60,568 nt of DNA from an uncultured Candidatus Saccharibacteria bacterium (GCA_964356285.1 CAYHGI010000001.1:1-60568); one strand, 5' to 3'. Positions 36,318-46,350 are shown, counted from the first letter of the stretch. The notes: generated by a model from the letters alone, not told the origin. Program-made: numbers and translations.

Positions 36318-39233
36318 CTATTGTTGTGAATTTGAAAACTTATGATAAATGCTGTGCAGTTTTTTGACATTGGTGTCTATAATTTTTTTCCTGCTTTCGA
36401 TTATAACTACTTTACTATTATTTCCAACTTTCCCAATCTTAGCATAAGTAATTTTTTGCATTAATTTTTCAAATAGCTTGGCATTTTTAGGAGAAACAGA
36501 TACCAAAATCCTGCCCTGTGATTCAGAAAAAAGCCTTGTTTCTATGGATAAAACGGAAGCAAGGCTTCCGTTTTTTTGTGCCATTATCTGGTCTAGAGAA
36601 ACATTGTAGCCGAGCATGCCGCCTATACAGGCTTTGGCGAGAGCTATTCCTAGGCCTCCTGAAGTTATGGAAAGAGAAGAAGTCACAAGCTCTTTGTTAA
36701 TAGCTTGCTCGAGCGTCTGATAAGTTTTTAGATTCTTTTCAAGGTTAACTTTTGGAACAATTTCATCATGAGTTTCACCCAATAAATAAATTACGTCGCC
36801 ACTATTTTTAAATTCAGGTGAAACTGTTTTATATAGATCTGGCATGACGCTTATGCCAGAGATAAGGAGTGTCGGTGGAATAGAAATAGCCACTGGATTC
36901 CCCTTCTCATCAAATCCTTTGAAATCGTTGAACATGCTGTCCTTACCGGAGATAAAAGGCGTGCCGTAGGCTACGGCGCAGTCGTAGCACGCTTTTACGG
37001 CCTCTTTGAGCTGGTAGAGCCTTTTTGGATCATTCGATGAGCACCAACAGAAATTATCAAGTAGGGCGAGATGATTTAAGGTACCACCAGCGGATATAAT
37101 ATTTCGAACTGCCGTATCTATAGCGCAGGCCGCCATCTGATAGATATCTATGTCTCCATATGAAGGATAAACTCCGTAAGAAAGCACCACCCCTTTATCT
37201 GAATTCAACACTGGCTTAATGACTTGGGCGTCAGTATTTATTCTTCCAGGACCGGACAAAGGTTTAAGTACAGAAGAAGCTTGAACTTCATGATCATATT
37301 GTTCAGAGATAAAAGAATATCCGGAAATGTTTTTGTCACGAAGGAGGTTTTCGAGAATTTTATTCACCTCTCCTGGCTTTTCAGCCACCCTCTCCTTGAC
37401 AAGGAGAGGGGCTGGGGGTGAGGTTTTTAGTTGTTCCTTCGGCAATCCGTTATGCAAAAAATTCATCTCCAAATCCATTATTTTCTTTCTCTTGTGATCC
37501 ACAACTACTCTTCCTGAATTTATAAATTCCCCTATTGTCGTCGCTTCTACTCCTCGACTCTTCATTAATTTTTGAAATTTTTTCCATTTATTTTTTGGTA
37601 CCGATAAAGTCATGCGTTCTTGCGACTCTGAAATCCATATTTCCCACGGTTTGAGTCCCGGATATTTTAGCGGAACTTTATCTAAATAAATTTTTACACC
37701 ATTACACTCCTTTGCCATTTCGGCGACAGAAGACGAGAGGCCCCCTGCGCCATTGTCCGTAATACTATTGTATAATCCTTGACCCCGAGCTTCTTTTATT
37801 ATGGCATCGCTCAATTTCTTTTGAGTTATCGGGTCCCCTATTTGTACCGCAGTCGCTGGCGAATGTGAATCTATATTTTCCGAAGAAAATGTCGCTCCGT
37901 GGATGCCGTCAAGTCCAATTCTTCCCCCTACCATTACCACATAATCTCCGGGCTGCGCCTTCTTTTCGTGCATAAGTCTGCCTTTTACCTTCCTTGGAAT
38001 AAGACCGACTGTGCCTGCGAAAACCATCGGCTTGGCGCGATAGCGATTGTCAAATCTGATAAATCCTGAAATAGTAGGAATTCCGGAACAATTTCCGCCG
38101 ACGTTTATACCCTTGATTACTCCCTCCATTATTCTTTTTGGAGGAAGCATTGGTTGAGTTGAATTTCTATCTCTAAAGAATTTTCTTTTATCATCCAGGT
38201 TACTAAAACAAAATCCGTATGTATTGGCGACAGGTTTTGCTCCCAATCCGAACCCTATAGCATCTCGATTGACTCCTCCTATACCAGTAACCGCTCCTCC
38301 ATAAGGATCCAGAGCTGAAGGACTGTTGTGAGTCTCCACCTTATGAGTAATTAAATAATTTTTATTAAAAATTATTCCGCCGGCATTGTCTGAAAATACT
38401 GAAATGCAAAAATCCCCGCCTTTGGACGGGGCAAGCTTCCCTCTTTCTTGTTTTTGTTTTCTGATTAAATTCGTCGCGCCCTTTATGTAAGTTTTATATA
38501 AACCGTCTCTAATATCATCTATTGAATTCGCGAAAATAGTGTGCTTGCAATGCTCCGACCATGTCTGGGCAAGTGATTCCAGCTCTATATCCGTCGGATC
38601 TCTTTTTAGCTTGGCGAAATAAGCTTGTATTGCCTTCATGTATAACAGAGAAAGAGCCAACGGGCCGCGACGACGCCCTGTCTCATCCATAATTCCCTCC
38701 TTGCCTATTTTTGTGAGTTCTTCATCAGAGACATCAAGGGATACATTCAAGACTGAAGCGCCTTTCTTTAAAATTACTTCCGGAACTTTATTTGGAAATT
38801 TTACTTTTCCATCTTTGAGTTTCAAAATATTTACTCTCTCTATGAGCGGGTTATATAAAGTTTGAGCTATGGTTTTAACCTCATTATCTGTGCGGGAACC
38901 AGAAATAAAAAAAATTTTAGATGTATATACTTTTATATCTAAATCTTTTTTAAGATGAAGTAAGTCTTTAGCTATTTCTTCAACTGTATGGCCTACATTA
39001 TCTGTCACTCCCGGCAAGAAACCAATCTCGATGGCATATGTAAAAGATGTCGGACGTCGAGATTCCAGACGTCCGACGTCAAGGGATTCATTGATCGAAT
39101 AGTTTTCTAGAATTGGATTAGTAATAGCCTCCGCTAACTTCGTGAGTTCTTTTTTTGATAATTTAGAGTCAATAAGGTAAGAATCTGCTCTTGTACTTCC
39201 CTTTTTCGGCATCACATATATCCGCGAAATCAT
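36318..39233 (-). CDS. purL: FGAM synthase large subunit with N-terminal extension (possible fused PurS-like domain)
   Basis: 971 aa with WSEHCKHTIF, duplicated PurM-like halves and GKDSMFN. About 170 aa precede the usual PurL start. Confidence 0.9.
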   Translation of the reverse strand: MISRIYVMPKKGSTRADSYLIDSKLSKKELTKLAEAITNPILENYSINESLDVGRLESRRPTSFTYAIEIGFLPGVTDNVGHTVEEIAKDLLHLKKDLDIKVYTSKIFFISGSRTDNEVKTIAQTLYNPLIERVNILKLKDGKVKFPNKVPEVILKKGASVLNVSLDVSDEELTKIGKEGIMDETGRRRGPLALSLLYMKAIQAYFAKLKRDPTDIELESLAQTWSEHCKHTIFANSIDDIRDGLYKTYIKGATNLIRKQKQERGKLAPSKGGDFCISVFSDNAGGIIFNKNYLITHKVETHNSPSALDPYGGAVTGIGGVNRDAIGFGLGAKPVANTYGFCFSNLDDKRKFFRDRNSTQPMLPPKRIMEGVIKGINVGGNCSGIPTISGFIRFDNRYRAKPMVFAGTVGLIPRKVKGRLMHEKKAQPGDYVVMVGGRIGLDGIHGATFSSENIDSHSPATAVQIGDPITQKKLSDAIIKEARGQGLYNSITDNGAGGLSSSVAEMAKECNGVKIYLDKVPLKYPGLKPWEIWISESQERMTLSVPKNKWKKFQKLMKSRGVEATTIGEFINSGRVVVDHKRKKIMDLEMNFLHNGLPKEQLKTSPPAPLLVKERVAEKPGEVNKILENLLRDKNISGYSFISEQYDHEVQASSVLKPLSGPGRINTDAQVIKPVLNSDKGVVLSYGVYPSYGDIDIYQMAACAIDTAVRNIISAGGTLNHLALLDNFCWCSSNDPKRLYQLKEAVKACYDCAVAYGTPFISGKDSMFNDFKGFDEKGNPVAISIPPTLLISGISVMPDLYKTVSPEFKNSGDVIYLLGETHDEIVPKVNLEKNLKTYQTLEQAINKELVTSSLSITSGGLGIALAKACIGGMLGYNVSLDQIMAQKNGSLASVLSIETRLFSESQGRILVSVSPKNAKLFEKLMQKITYAKIGKVGNNSKVVIIESRKKIIDTNVKKLHSIYHKFSNSQQ
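37388..37410. repeat. family-1-like hairpin inside purL
   Basis: ccctctcct-tgaca-aggagaggg flanked by cagccac / gctgggggtgagg; translated as PPAPLLVKERVAE. Confidence 0.65.
39046..39080. repeat. family-3 (GACGTC-core) palindromic element inside purL
   Basis: gtcggacgtc-gagattcca-gacgtccgac; translated as DVGRLESRRPTS. Confidence 0.7.
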
Positions 39234-39283
39234 AGTTATATACTATATTATGTATGCCTCAAAAACAAATGATGACTTGCCTA

Positions 39284-40048
39284 CTAACCTTCAAGATTTT
39301 TCCAGTTATTTTCAAATATTAATTTCTGGGTTTGATAAATTTCTTGGTTCTCTATTACGATGCCAACTGGCTTGTCCGCGTTGTCGAGACTTATATGAGC
39401 CACCTTTCCAACATAAATAATTTCATATGTTGGTCGAAGATTCTCCTCTCCTTTTTCCTTGGGCAGTTTCATCCATTTTCTTTCATCAAGACCATGTAAA
39501 ATGCCTCCCTCACCAAGAGCAATTGTTTTAACTTTTATTTTTCTTCTTATCCTCTTCTTGCTAAAATCTTTCATAGCCAAATAGACATTCTTCCTGACTG
39601 TTGCAGAGGAGTATACATAATATGTTTTGTTCTTTGTGCCGTCCATACTCTTTAAAACATCTTCTAGAATGTGCCTGATACCCATTGTTCCTTCATATAG
39701 TTTAACAGCCGGTTTTCCTCCCTGTTTTTCAAATAGAGTTTTAAATAATGGTAAGCTTTCCTCAATGTTTTCCTTAATCTCGTTTAAGTTTTCTTGTTTC
39801 TTGTCTATTACAGCTAGAAGAGTCTCTGGTCGTTCGGCTATAAAATATTGCTTTGACTGCTTATTAAAATAAGAAACTATTCCCATATTGATTAGAGATT
39901 TTAAAATATCGTAAGTTGTCCCACGGTTCACTTTTGCCTTTTCTGCTACTGTGCGCACGGAAGAAGAACCAAGCTCAATCAAAGCAAGGTATACCGCTAC
40001 CTCTTTTTCCGAGAGACCAAAGTTTTTAAGAATAACCTGAATTTGCAT
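39284..40048 (-). CDS. TrmB-family transcriptional regulator
   Basis: N-terminus LKNFGLSEKEVAVYLALIELGSSSVRTVAEKAKVNRGTTYDILKSLINMGIV is a TrmB-type wHTH. Confidence 0.75.
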   Translation of the reverse strand: MQIQVILKNFGLSEKEVAVYLALIELGSSSVRTVAEKAKVNRGTTYDILKSLINMGIVSYFNKQSKQYFIAERPETLLAVIDKKQENLNEIKENIEESLPLFKTLFEKQGGKPAVKLYEGTMGIRHILEDVLKSMDGTKNKTYYVYSSATVRKNVYLAMKDFSKKRIRRKIKVKTIALGEGGILHGLDERKWMKLPKEKGEENLRPTYEIIYVGKVAHISLDNADKPVGIVIENQEIYQTQKLIFENNWKNLEG

Positions 40049-40173
40049 ATTTATATGCTATGCGTTACAACATATTTTGTCAACTTTTCTTCTGCAATTT
40101 ATTAGTATTCCTAAAATAGACTAATATCACTATATATTTTTATATACATCTGTAAGTTATTCATCTGCAAAAT

Positions 40174-40201
40174 TTGACAGTATATCTGTATAAACTATGC
40201 T
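40174..40201 (+). promoter_or_regulatory. sigma70-like promoter for the PfkB gene
   Basis: TTGACA (40174-40179), a 16-nt spacer, then TATGCT (40196-40201). An AAGGA SD lies 6 nt before the ATG at 40259. Confidence 0.4.
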
Positions 40202-40258
40202 TAATTTGAATCTCGAACAACCTTGAAAACAAAATAAACCCTCAACAAAGGAATAATC

Positions 40259-41209
40259 ATGTACAAACATGCAATCGTTGGATTCTCGGTTAATCCTGAG
40301 CTGGAATTGGCGGTGGAAGACACACCGGGGCCAAAGAAGGTCCTGCGCAAAATAGACTTTTGCCTCAGCGGTTCATCTGGCAACGTCGCTATGGCACTCA
40401 AGAAAATGGGCAGTACTCCGCGCCTTCTTGGTTTGACAGGACCTGGTTTCGTAGTGCCCGGTTGTCACGAAACACTTGCGGACCATCTCCTCTGTGAAGC
40501 AGTGGATCAAAGTGAGATTCGCTTTATGAGCATTAAGGCACTTACTCAAACCAACATCTGCGTCATACCCGTCATCGGGCAGGACAATGGAGTTTCATGG
40601 GGAAAGCGAAATCGAATCGTGCACTCCGATATTCCAGGAGCCCTAGAGGATATTTATAGGGTGTGGGATATTCTCAAAGCTGGAGAAGTCGACGTAGAAA
40701 GTACTTTTTCCATCGTCACTGGTCTCCGAGCTGTTGAAGTTGTGTTTGCAAAAGCACTGCTCTCAAAAGCTCGATTTGGCTTCCGTGTGCTGAACGCCAA
40801 GGACACTCTTTGTCGGAGCAGAGAATTCAAAAAAGTTCTTCCGCTGGTGGATCTTCTTGTGCTTAACAAGCGTGAGTTTGATGAAACCGGCAAGACGCTT
40901 TCAGAGTTGCATAACCATGGCCCGAGGATTATCGTAGTAACTCACGATAAGAAGGGAGGTATGTTCTCCTTTCGTTGGGCATGTTGTCAGTTTAAAGCTA
41001 TAAACTTCCCCGGAGGCAAGTTCGAGACTGGAGCAGGAGACTGGTTTCTCGGAGCTCTGGTTTCAGAGCTCATGAGACTCCAAGTTTCAGTGTCTACCGT
41101 CACTAAAGAGGAATTCCAGGGGGCGGTCGATTTTGCGGCGCGAGTTGCTGGCAAAAAGATCACCATGGCGGGCGGAGGTAATGGACCCACACGCGCACAG
41201 CTTCGGTAA
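40259..41209 (+). CDS. PfkB-family carbohydrate/nucleoside kinase, GC-rich relative to surroundings
   Basis: The ribokinase-like C-terminal motif GAGDWFLGALV and N-terminal GSSGNVAMAL. By eye it is about 50% GC. Confidence 0.75.
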   Translation: MYKHAIVGFSVNPELELAVEDTPGPKKVLRKIDFCLSGSSGNVAMALKKMGSTPRLLGLTGPGFVVPGCHETLADHLLCEAVDQSEIRFMSIKALTQTNICVIPVIGQDNGVSWGKRNRIVHSDIPGALEDIYRVWDILKAGEVDVESTFSIVTGLRAVEVVFAKALLSKARFGFRVLNAKDTLCRSREFKKVLPLVDLLVLNKREFDETGKTLSELHNHGPRIIVVTHDKKGGMFSFRWACCQFKAINFPGGKFETGAGDWFLGALVSELMRLQVSVSTVTKEEFQGAVDFAARVAGKKITMAGGGNGPTRAQLR

Positions 41210-41231
41210 AGCTGATCAAAATTATCTCGTC

Positions 41232-41265
41232 GAGCTCACTATTTTTAGTGGGCTCTTCTTTTTTG
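41232..41265 (+). terminator. rho-independent terminator of the PfkB gene
   Basis: gagctcact-atttt-tagtgggctc followed by ttcttttttt. Confidence 0.6.
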
Positions 41266-41270
41266 GGCTA

Positions 41271-41840
41271 TTAGATCTTTTGAAGATATTTTAATACAAA
41301 AGGCAACTCATGCGTAGGTATAAATTTGTGGAATAGAAGCTCGTCTTCTTTGCTCAAATTTGATAAATAGTCAGGAGAAAATTTATGGAAGCCGTCAGTT
41401 TCTAACGGATCTGCTTTGAGTTCACCGTCACTCACAGGGTGTTTATATACATACACTGATCTAATAAAATTATTAATCCTTCCAAATTTCTCATGTTTCT
41501 TAATTCCCGTGAATTTAGTTAGAAGAATCAAATCAGACTCTAAAATGGAAAGTCCGGACTCTTCCTTGGTTTCGCGGACTGCCGCTTCTAAATACTCTTC
41601 ACCTTGATTCAAGTGTCCTCCAATAGATGCATCCATTAAACCAGCCGAGGATTTATGAGCAGGGCTTTTTTGAAAATATATATTTTTCTCTTTATCAAAC
41701 AGCCAGACATGAACTTCGCGATGTAAAAGTCCGAGACGATGCACTTCGTCTCTTTTCCTTAATCCAATGATCACGTCATTGTCGTCTACTATATCTATGA
41801 TCTCACTATTATCTCTAGTTTCTGTACTTTCTTTAATCAT
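41271..41840 (-). CDS. NUDIX hydrolase
   Basis: Nudix box GGHLNQGEEYLEAAVRETKEESGL. Confidence 0.85.
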   Translation of the reverse strand: MIKESTETRDNSEIIDIVDDNDVIIGLRKRDEVHRLGLLHREVHVWLFDKEKNIYFQKSPAHKSSAGLMDASIGGHLNQGEEYLEAAVRETKEESGLSILESDLILLTKFTGIKKHEKFGRINNFIRSVYVYKHPVSDGELKADPLETDGFHKFSPDYLSNLSKEDELLFHKFIPTHELPFVLKYLQKI

Positions 41841-41887
41841 GTACGAACAGTATAGCAAAAATAACAAATTTAAGTTAAAATTTACAT

Positions 41888-42430
41888 ATGAAATTCATTT
41901 TTGATTTTGACGGTGTTTTATTTACTACAAAGGAATTTCTAAAGTATCTATACGCCTGTATAGGAAAAGATGGTGTACCTCGAAACATAGCTGAAGAATA
42001 TTACAAGAAAGTGGGAGGAACTCAATTTAATTTGAAAAAGTTGTTGATTCATCTTTCTATCAGAGAAAATTTACATGAAGAAATACTAGAAGAAAGCAAG
42101 AGTTTTCTAAATAAAGATTTATTAGCTGTGGTCAAAAAACTCGGAAAAGTAAACTGTTATATCGTGAGTCATGCGAATAAAGAATGGCAATTAGATAAAA
42201 TTAGGAGTACCGGTATCGAATTTCTTTTTTCTGAAATTATTGTGGTTCCAGAAAGTAAAAAACAGGTAGTTGAAAAAATATGTGCGAAGTATGGAGACGA
42301 AGAAGTGATATTTATTGATGATAAAGCAAAATATTTCGAAGATCTCAACTTTAAAAAATATCCAAATTTAAAGATAATTCTTTATGATGAGCAAGGCTTG
42401 GAAAAACTTAAGGCAGAGATTGGTCAATAA
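41888..42430 (+). CDS. HAD-superfamily hydrolase
   Basis: Motif I FIFDFDGVLF and a late FIDDK motif. Confidence 0.7.
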   Translation: MKFIFDFDGVLFTTKEFLKYLYACIGKDGVPRNIAEEYYKKVGGTQFNLKKLLIHLSIRENLHEEILEESKSFLNKDLLAVVKKLGKVNCYIVSHANKEWQLDKIRSTGIEFLFSEIIVVPESKKQVVEKICAKYGDEEVIFIDDKAKYFEDLNFKKYPNLKIILYDEQGLEKLKAEIGQ

Positions 42431-42453
42431 CTTAGCATTATATTTTTTATAAA

Positions 42454-42837
42454 TTATTTTGCATTGTTAATAATACCTTGAATAATTTGGTCAATTTCCT
42501 CTGATCTCTCACCCAAATCAGCTCGCGGAAAAAATTGCGATAGAACAATTGGGCGCATGCCGGAAATAAATGTCTGTTTATCTTTAATATATACATTTAT
42601 TTTGCACGGTAAACAAAGTCCAATTTTAATATCCTTGTTTAAAAACTCGTTGGCAAACTTTGCGTTGCAAAACTCCACAATCTTAAAAGGTTCTCGCTTG
42701 AAACCCTTCTCGGCTAATGTTGCTTGGACATCGTGAATATGCAAAATCCGCATACCGGCTTTGGCAATTTCGTCTTGCGCGCTTAAAACCGCCTCGTCAA
42801 AAACTTTTGTTGTGGTTGTAGTGTAATCGAATTCCAT
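42454..42837 (-). CDS. DUF302 domain protein
   Basis: FKIVEFCNAKFANEFL...IGLCLPCKINVY pattern. Confidence 0.7.
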   Translation of the reverse strand: MEFDYTTTTTKVFDEAVLSAQDEIAKAGMRILHIHDVQATLAEKGFKREPFKIVEFCNAKFANEFLNKDIKIGLCLPCKINVYIKDKQTFISGMRPIVLSQFFPRADLGERSEEIDQIIQGIINNAK

Positions 42838-42883
42838 ATATTTTGTATACTTAATTATAATTAGTTGCTTAAATCCTTTTTCT

Positions 42884-43414
42884 CTAAATAGGAGCTTTCT
42901 CAGGCCCTCTATCGTTATTCGTTTCTATGAATTCCTTGATTTTTGCTTCATCAATTGTCTGAAGCTTTAGAAGGTAATTCCATGATGTTAGCGCAACTGG
43001 AACATCTAGATCTTTGCGCGGTAACATTATTTTCTTCCCAGAAGAAACACTAAAAGCTTTTTTTATTCTTTCTATTTCATTTTGACCCAATCCCTCCCTA
43101 TACCAAACGACTGCCGCGCCATGCTCCATGCTATGAAGCACAAGCTCATCAGGCACTGGTTCATTTTTAATTCCCGGTCCAGCCGTGCCGGTCCAGTGTG
43201 GACCAGAGGTCGGAGGATTTGATTTATATGCGACATGAGTTTTATCACGAGCTACATGCACCGCGCCTTCATCGGCCATTTTTTCTCCCATCAATGGTTT
43301 GGCTAATTTTTCTTTTTCTTTTTCTCCTTTAGAACTAGATAACCATACTCCGCCAACTATAATAATCAGTGTTAATAGTACAACCCCTCCGATTATTTTA
43401 TATTCTGTTTTCAT
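42884..43414 (-). CDS. DUF3105 domain protein, membrane anchored
   Basis: YKSNPPTSGPHW and HSMEHGAAVVWY motifs; N-terminal TM helix. Confidence 0.7.
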   Translation of the reverse strand: MKTEYKIIGGVVLLTLIIIVGGVWLSSSKGEKEKEKLAKPLMGEKMADEGAVHVARDKTHVAYKSNPPTSGPHWTGTAGPGIKNEPVPDELVLHSMEHGAAVVWYREGLGQNEIERIKKAFSVSSGKKIMLPRKDLDVPVALTSWNYLLKLQTIDEAKIKEFIETNNDRGPEKAPI

Positions 43415-43446
43415 TTATTTTTTTTAAGTTAATAATAATCGCTAAA

Positions 43447-44253
43447 CTATGTCCCGCAACTTGCTCCCCCTTTTTGCCCTGACGGTTTTATTTGTGACAA
43501 TACTTTTTGATATCCAGATGCGCTCGAATACTCAGCTCCTAGAATTTTCTTAGGGTCAACTGTGTTCCAATTCATGTTTTTGAATGCAAAAAAAGTTTTA
43601 ATCGCTTCATATGTATCTGGGAACCAAAGAGTATTTATCTGGAGCGCCATTTTATACATATCAGCTTCAGATGCTCCTTGGGACGCCATTAATTCCAGCA
43701 ATCCGAGCATTGCCATACCATGGTTGCAATCAGGAAAATAAGTGGAATTGTCGCAACATGGTCGGTATATATTCTTGGCAGTCCGCTCAACCAATGTTTG
43801 TTGTTCTGCCGTAAGCTTTATAAACGAATGCATACTGTAATAAGTCATCGCGTCACCCTTGGCTAGCGTCCACCCGCCAGTTGATGCAAAATTTTCCGCT
43901 CCACCATATTGTTTATCCATCATCGGGCCATTTTCCAGAATCGGATTTTTATTTGAGAGTCCAAGAGCCCAAAGCAAATTTAACATCACTTCGGAATTTT
44001 CTAATGTAATTGTGAGATTTTCATTATCAGTATCATAAAGCAATTTTTTGTTCTTTGCGTTTAAGCCGCCTCTTTGCGCATAAAGACTTTCAAACTTAAC
44101 TTTATCAATCACTCCGGCTTCCACCATTCTCATTCCGATATCTCCCCAATTTAGAGAAAAGGATGACTGCCGATTAACAGGCACAAAACCTAAAAGCATG
44201 ATTAATATAATGCCTGCGGTAATGACTAATACATTTTTTATTTTGTTTTTCAT
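43447..44253 (-). CDS. membrane-anchored protein with CCDNSTYFPDCNHG cysteine/histidine motif, unknown function
   Basis: 268 aa with an N-terminal TM helix and the motif RPCCDNSTYFPDCNHGMAMLGLLE. The C-terminus ends GGASCGT. Confidence 0.6.
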   Translation of the reverse strand: MKNKIKNVLVITAGIILIMLLGFVPVNRQSSFSLNWGDIGMRMVEAGVIDKVKFESLYAQRGGLNAKNKKLLYDTDNENLTITLENSEVMLNLLWALGLSNKNPILENGPMMDKQYGGAENFASTGGWTLAKGDAMTYYSMHSFIKLTAEQQTLVERTAKNIYRPCCDNSTYFPDCNHGMAMLGLLELMASQGASEADMYKMALQINTLWFPDTYEAIKTFFAFKNMNWNTVDPKKILGAEYSSASGYQKVLSQIKPSGQKGGASCGT

Positions 44254-44556
44254 TTAACAACAGTTATCTAACTGATTCTTTATTTCGTCGACCTTCGTGT
44301 TTTCTCTTTTATTTCTCCATTTCAGAAATACTTTTTTAAGCTCGGTTACTATACCGCCTATTGTCGCGCCCATCAAAATTGCGGTAATGAATTCATAGTG
44401 GGAAGCAGGCAGGAACCCAAATCCCATTCCGAGGAGCATCCAAAGCCAGGTGAGGGTTACTCCGGCGCAGATCGAACAAACCTGTATAGGCAACTTTTTA
44501 TTGAGTAGCCACACAAGAACGGTTAAAACAAGAACTGATAATATTGCGATAATCAT
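44254..44556 (-). CDS. small membrane protein with CxxC in TM2 and C-terminal CC
   Basis: 100 aa with VCSICAGVTLTWLW, ending in DNCC. Confidence 0.5.
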   Translation of the reverse strand: MIIAILSVLVLTVLVWLLNKKLPIQVCSICAGVTLTWLWMLLGMGFGFLPASHYEFITAILMGATIGGIVTELKKVFLKWRNKRENTKVDEIKNQLDNCC

Positions 44557-44557
44557 A

Positions 44558-45337
44558 TTAGATAAAGAAAATTAAAATACCAATAATAATCATTGCAATT
44601 CCTGTCCAAAGTTTCAACCCGTCCATATTATCGCGTTTCCATACTTGCATTTTGTCAACCAATGCTTTATTCGCCGAGATAAGCAATACAGCCACTAGCG
44701 GAATAATCAGAATTAAATTATAAAGCAATAGATAATTAAATCCGCTTAGATAAGTCATCTGGTCGCGCAAAAGTCCAATCACCATCAGGTAGGGTCCGCC
44801 CATACACGGAAACTGGCAAATGCCGACAAGCAATCCGAGACCGAACACCGCCGGAAATGAAGCTTGGTCCATTAATTTTCCCATGCTCGAGTGAGCAATT
44901 CCTGGAATTTTAAGTTTGATGGGAAAGGCCGGGAAAAAACGATTGAGAAGATTGAGCGCGCCAAAAGTAATCAGAAGGGTCGCTCCCAATTTTCCCATAA
45001 AGTGCGGAGTGTTGAACAAATGCAATACTTTTAATATTCCGAGTCCAATCAAGAAATACGCCACGAATATTCCGGCAATGTATGTTCCGCCAAGCTTAAG
45101 AATTTTTTCCCGGCTCATTTGGATTCCAAAAAGGAAGGCAATGGTAATCAGCAGAATTGAGAATGAGCACGGATGCACGCTGTCCAGAATTGCCGATATT
45201 AAGACAAGCGGCAAAAGCCACATGCCTTGTTCGCTTAAGTTCCAGATGATGGACGAAGTGGCTGGGTTATTTTTGAGAATAACTATGCCGATTATGACAA
45301 CCAGCGCCAGGCTGATTGTAGTAATAATTTTTTTCAT
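44558..45337 (-). CDS. CcdA/DsbD-family transmembrane thiol-disulfide electron transporter (putative)
   Basis: Polytopic, with LDSVHPCSFSILL and GICQFPCMGGPYL, two Pro-Cys motifs in TM segments. Confidence 0.5.
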   Translation of the reverse strand: MKKIITTISLALVVIIGIVILKNNPATSSIIWNLSEQGMWLLPLVLISAILDSVHPCSFSILLITIAFLFGIQMSREKILKLGGTYIAGIFVAYFLIGLGILKVLHLFNTPHFMGKLGATLLITFGALNLLNRFFPAFPIKLKIPGIAHSSMGKLMDQASFPAVFGLGLLVGICQFPCMGGPYLMVIGLLRDQMTYLSGFNYLLLYNLILIIPLVAVLLISANKALVDKMQVWKRDNMDGLKLWTGIAMIIIGILIFFI

Positions 45338-45341
45338 AGGG

Positions 45342-45863
45342 TTATGGAATTACATTTGCCTTAATTTCAAACTGGAGCTTGTTGCCGCTTGCATCTTCAA
45401 GAAAGACAAGTCGGTCAACCATCCCGACTCCGGCTGGACCGTGGGCGTTGGGGTCATAGACAACTTCAATCTCCCGCGATTCGCCTGCTTTGATAAGCTC
45501 ATTGACTTTGGACACGGCCCCGCCGTGCCCGGGCATGCCAAAAGGCCCTTTTTTATTCCCATTTTGCTGGATAAGATAAGCGTTAGTGCACATGCAGGAA
45601 GTAGATAATTTTTCCAGATTAATATCTCCATCCGTTGAATTAGAAACCTTGAACATCTTGCTCACATTTCCATTCTTCATTGAGATTACGCCAAAGTCAT
45701 AGAATGTCTGAGACGCAACGAGCGCGCCCCCTGTCCTTGCCGGATGCGATTTGGTTAATTCATTAGCATTTAATTCTTTTTTTTCTACCGACTTGCTCCA
45801 CCAGACCAAGCTTGCCACACCAACAATGATTATGAGTAGTGAAATAATTGTTTTTTTGTCCAT
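45342..45863 (-). CDS. DUF1573 domain protein
   Basis: FYDFGVISMKNGNVSKMFKVSNSTDGDINLEKLSTSCMCTNA pattern; N-terminal TM helix. Confidence 0.7.
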   Translation of the reverse strand: MDKKTIISLLIIIVGVASLVWWSKSVEKKELNANELTKSHPARTGGALVASQTFYDFGVISMKNGNVSKMFKVSNSTDGDINLEKLSTSCMCTNAYLIQQNGNKKGPFGMPGHGGAVSKVNELIKAGESREIEVVYDPNAHGPAGVGMVDRLVFLEDASGNKLQFEIKANVIP

Positions 45864-45945
45864 AAATTTGGATAATTAGAATAGTAAAAAATTCCTTTGC
45901 TGGGACTTAAAAAACACAGCTAAAATTTTACGACAAAATAATTAG

Positions 45946-46350
45946 CTATGCCTTGAACATGAAAGACGGGCTATTTTCAAAAAGAGATAACCATTTTATT
46001 ATTCTGTTCGGAAAAGTATGTAATTTTTTGTTATATAGATAATATTTCCATTTATAAAAATACAGTTTGGGATTTAAAAAGTTTTGTTGATTGAAAAAAT
46101 ATAAAATTATTCCTAGTATCAGAAGAGAAAAGATGAATATAGAAGAAAAAGTTGTACTAGAAAATTGACGCCAACCATTAATATGGTCAAGACTGTTTTC
46201 GCAAATTGAATAACTATTTTGAGAGTAGGGGCAGTTAACCATCGGCGCTTCAGCCATATGGTTGGATTGAACCAAGCCAAATACTCCTATACTTATATAA
46301 GCAAGTAAAATAGAAATCCCCAGGAACAATTTTATATTTCGTAAAGTCAT
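45946..46350 (-). CDS. membrane protein with HM....M.NCP......C motif, unknown function
   Basis: Two TM helices flanking SNHMAEAPMVNCPYSQNSYSICENSLDHINGW. Confidence 0.45.
   Translation of the reverse strand: MTLRNIKLFLGISILLAYISIGVFGLVQSNHMAEAPMVNCPYSQNSYSICENSLDHINGWRQFSSTTFSSIFIFSLLILGIILYFFNQQNFLNPKLYFYKWKYYLYNKKLHTFPNRIIKWLSLFENSPSFMFKA

Noticed and set aside
44916-45608. 230-aa plus-strand ORF
   Set aside because: It is antisense to the CcdA-like and DUF1573 genes, has basic low-complexity composition, and has no start context.
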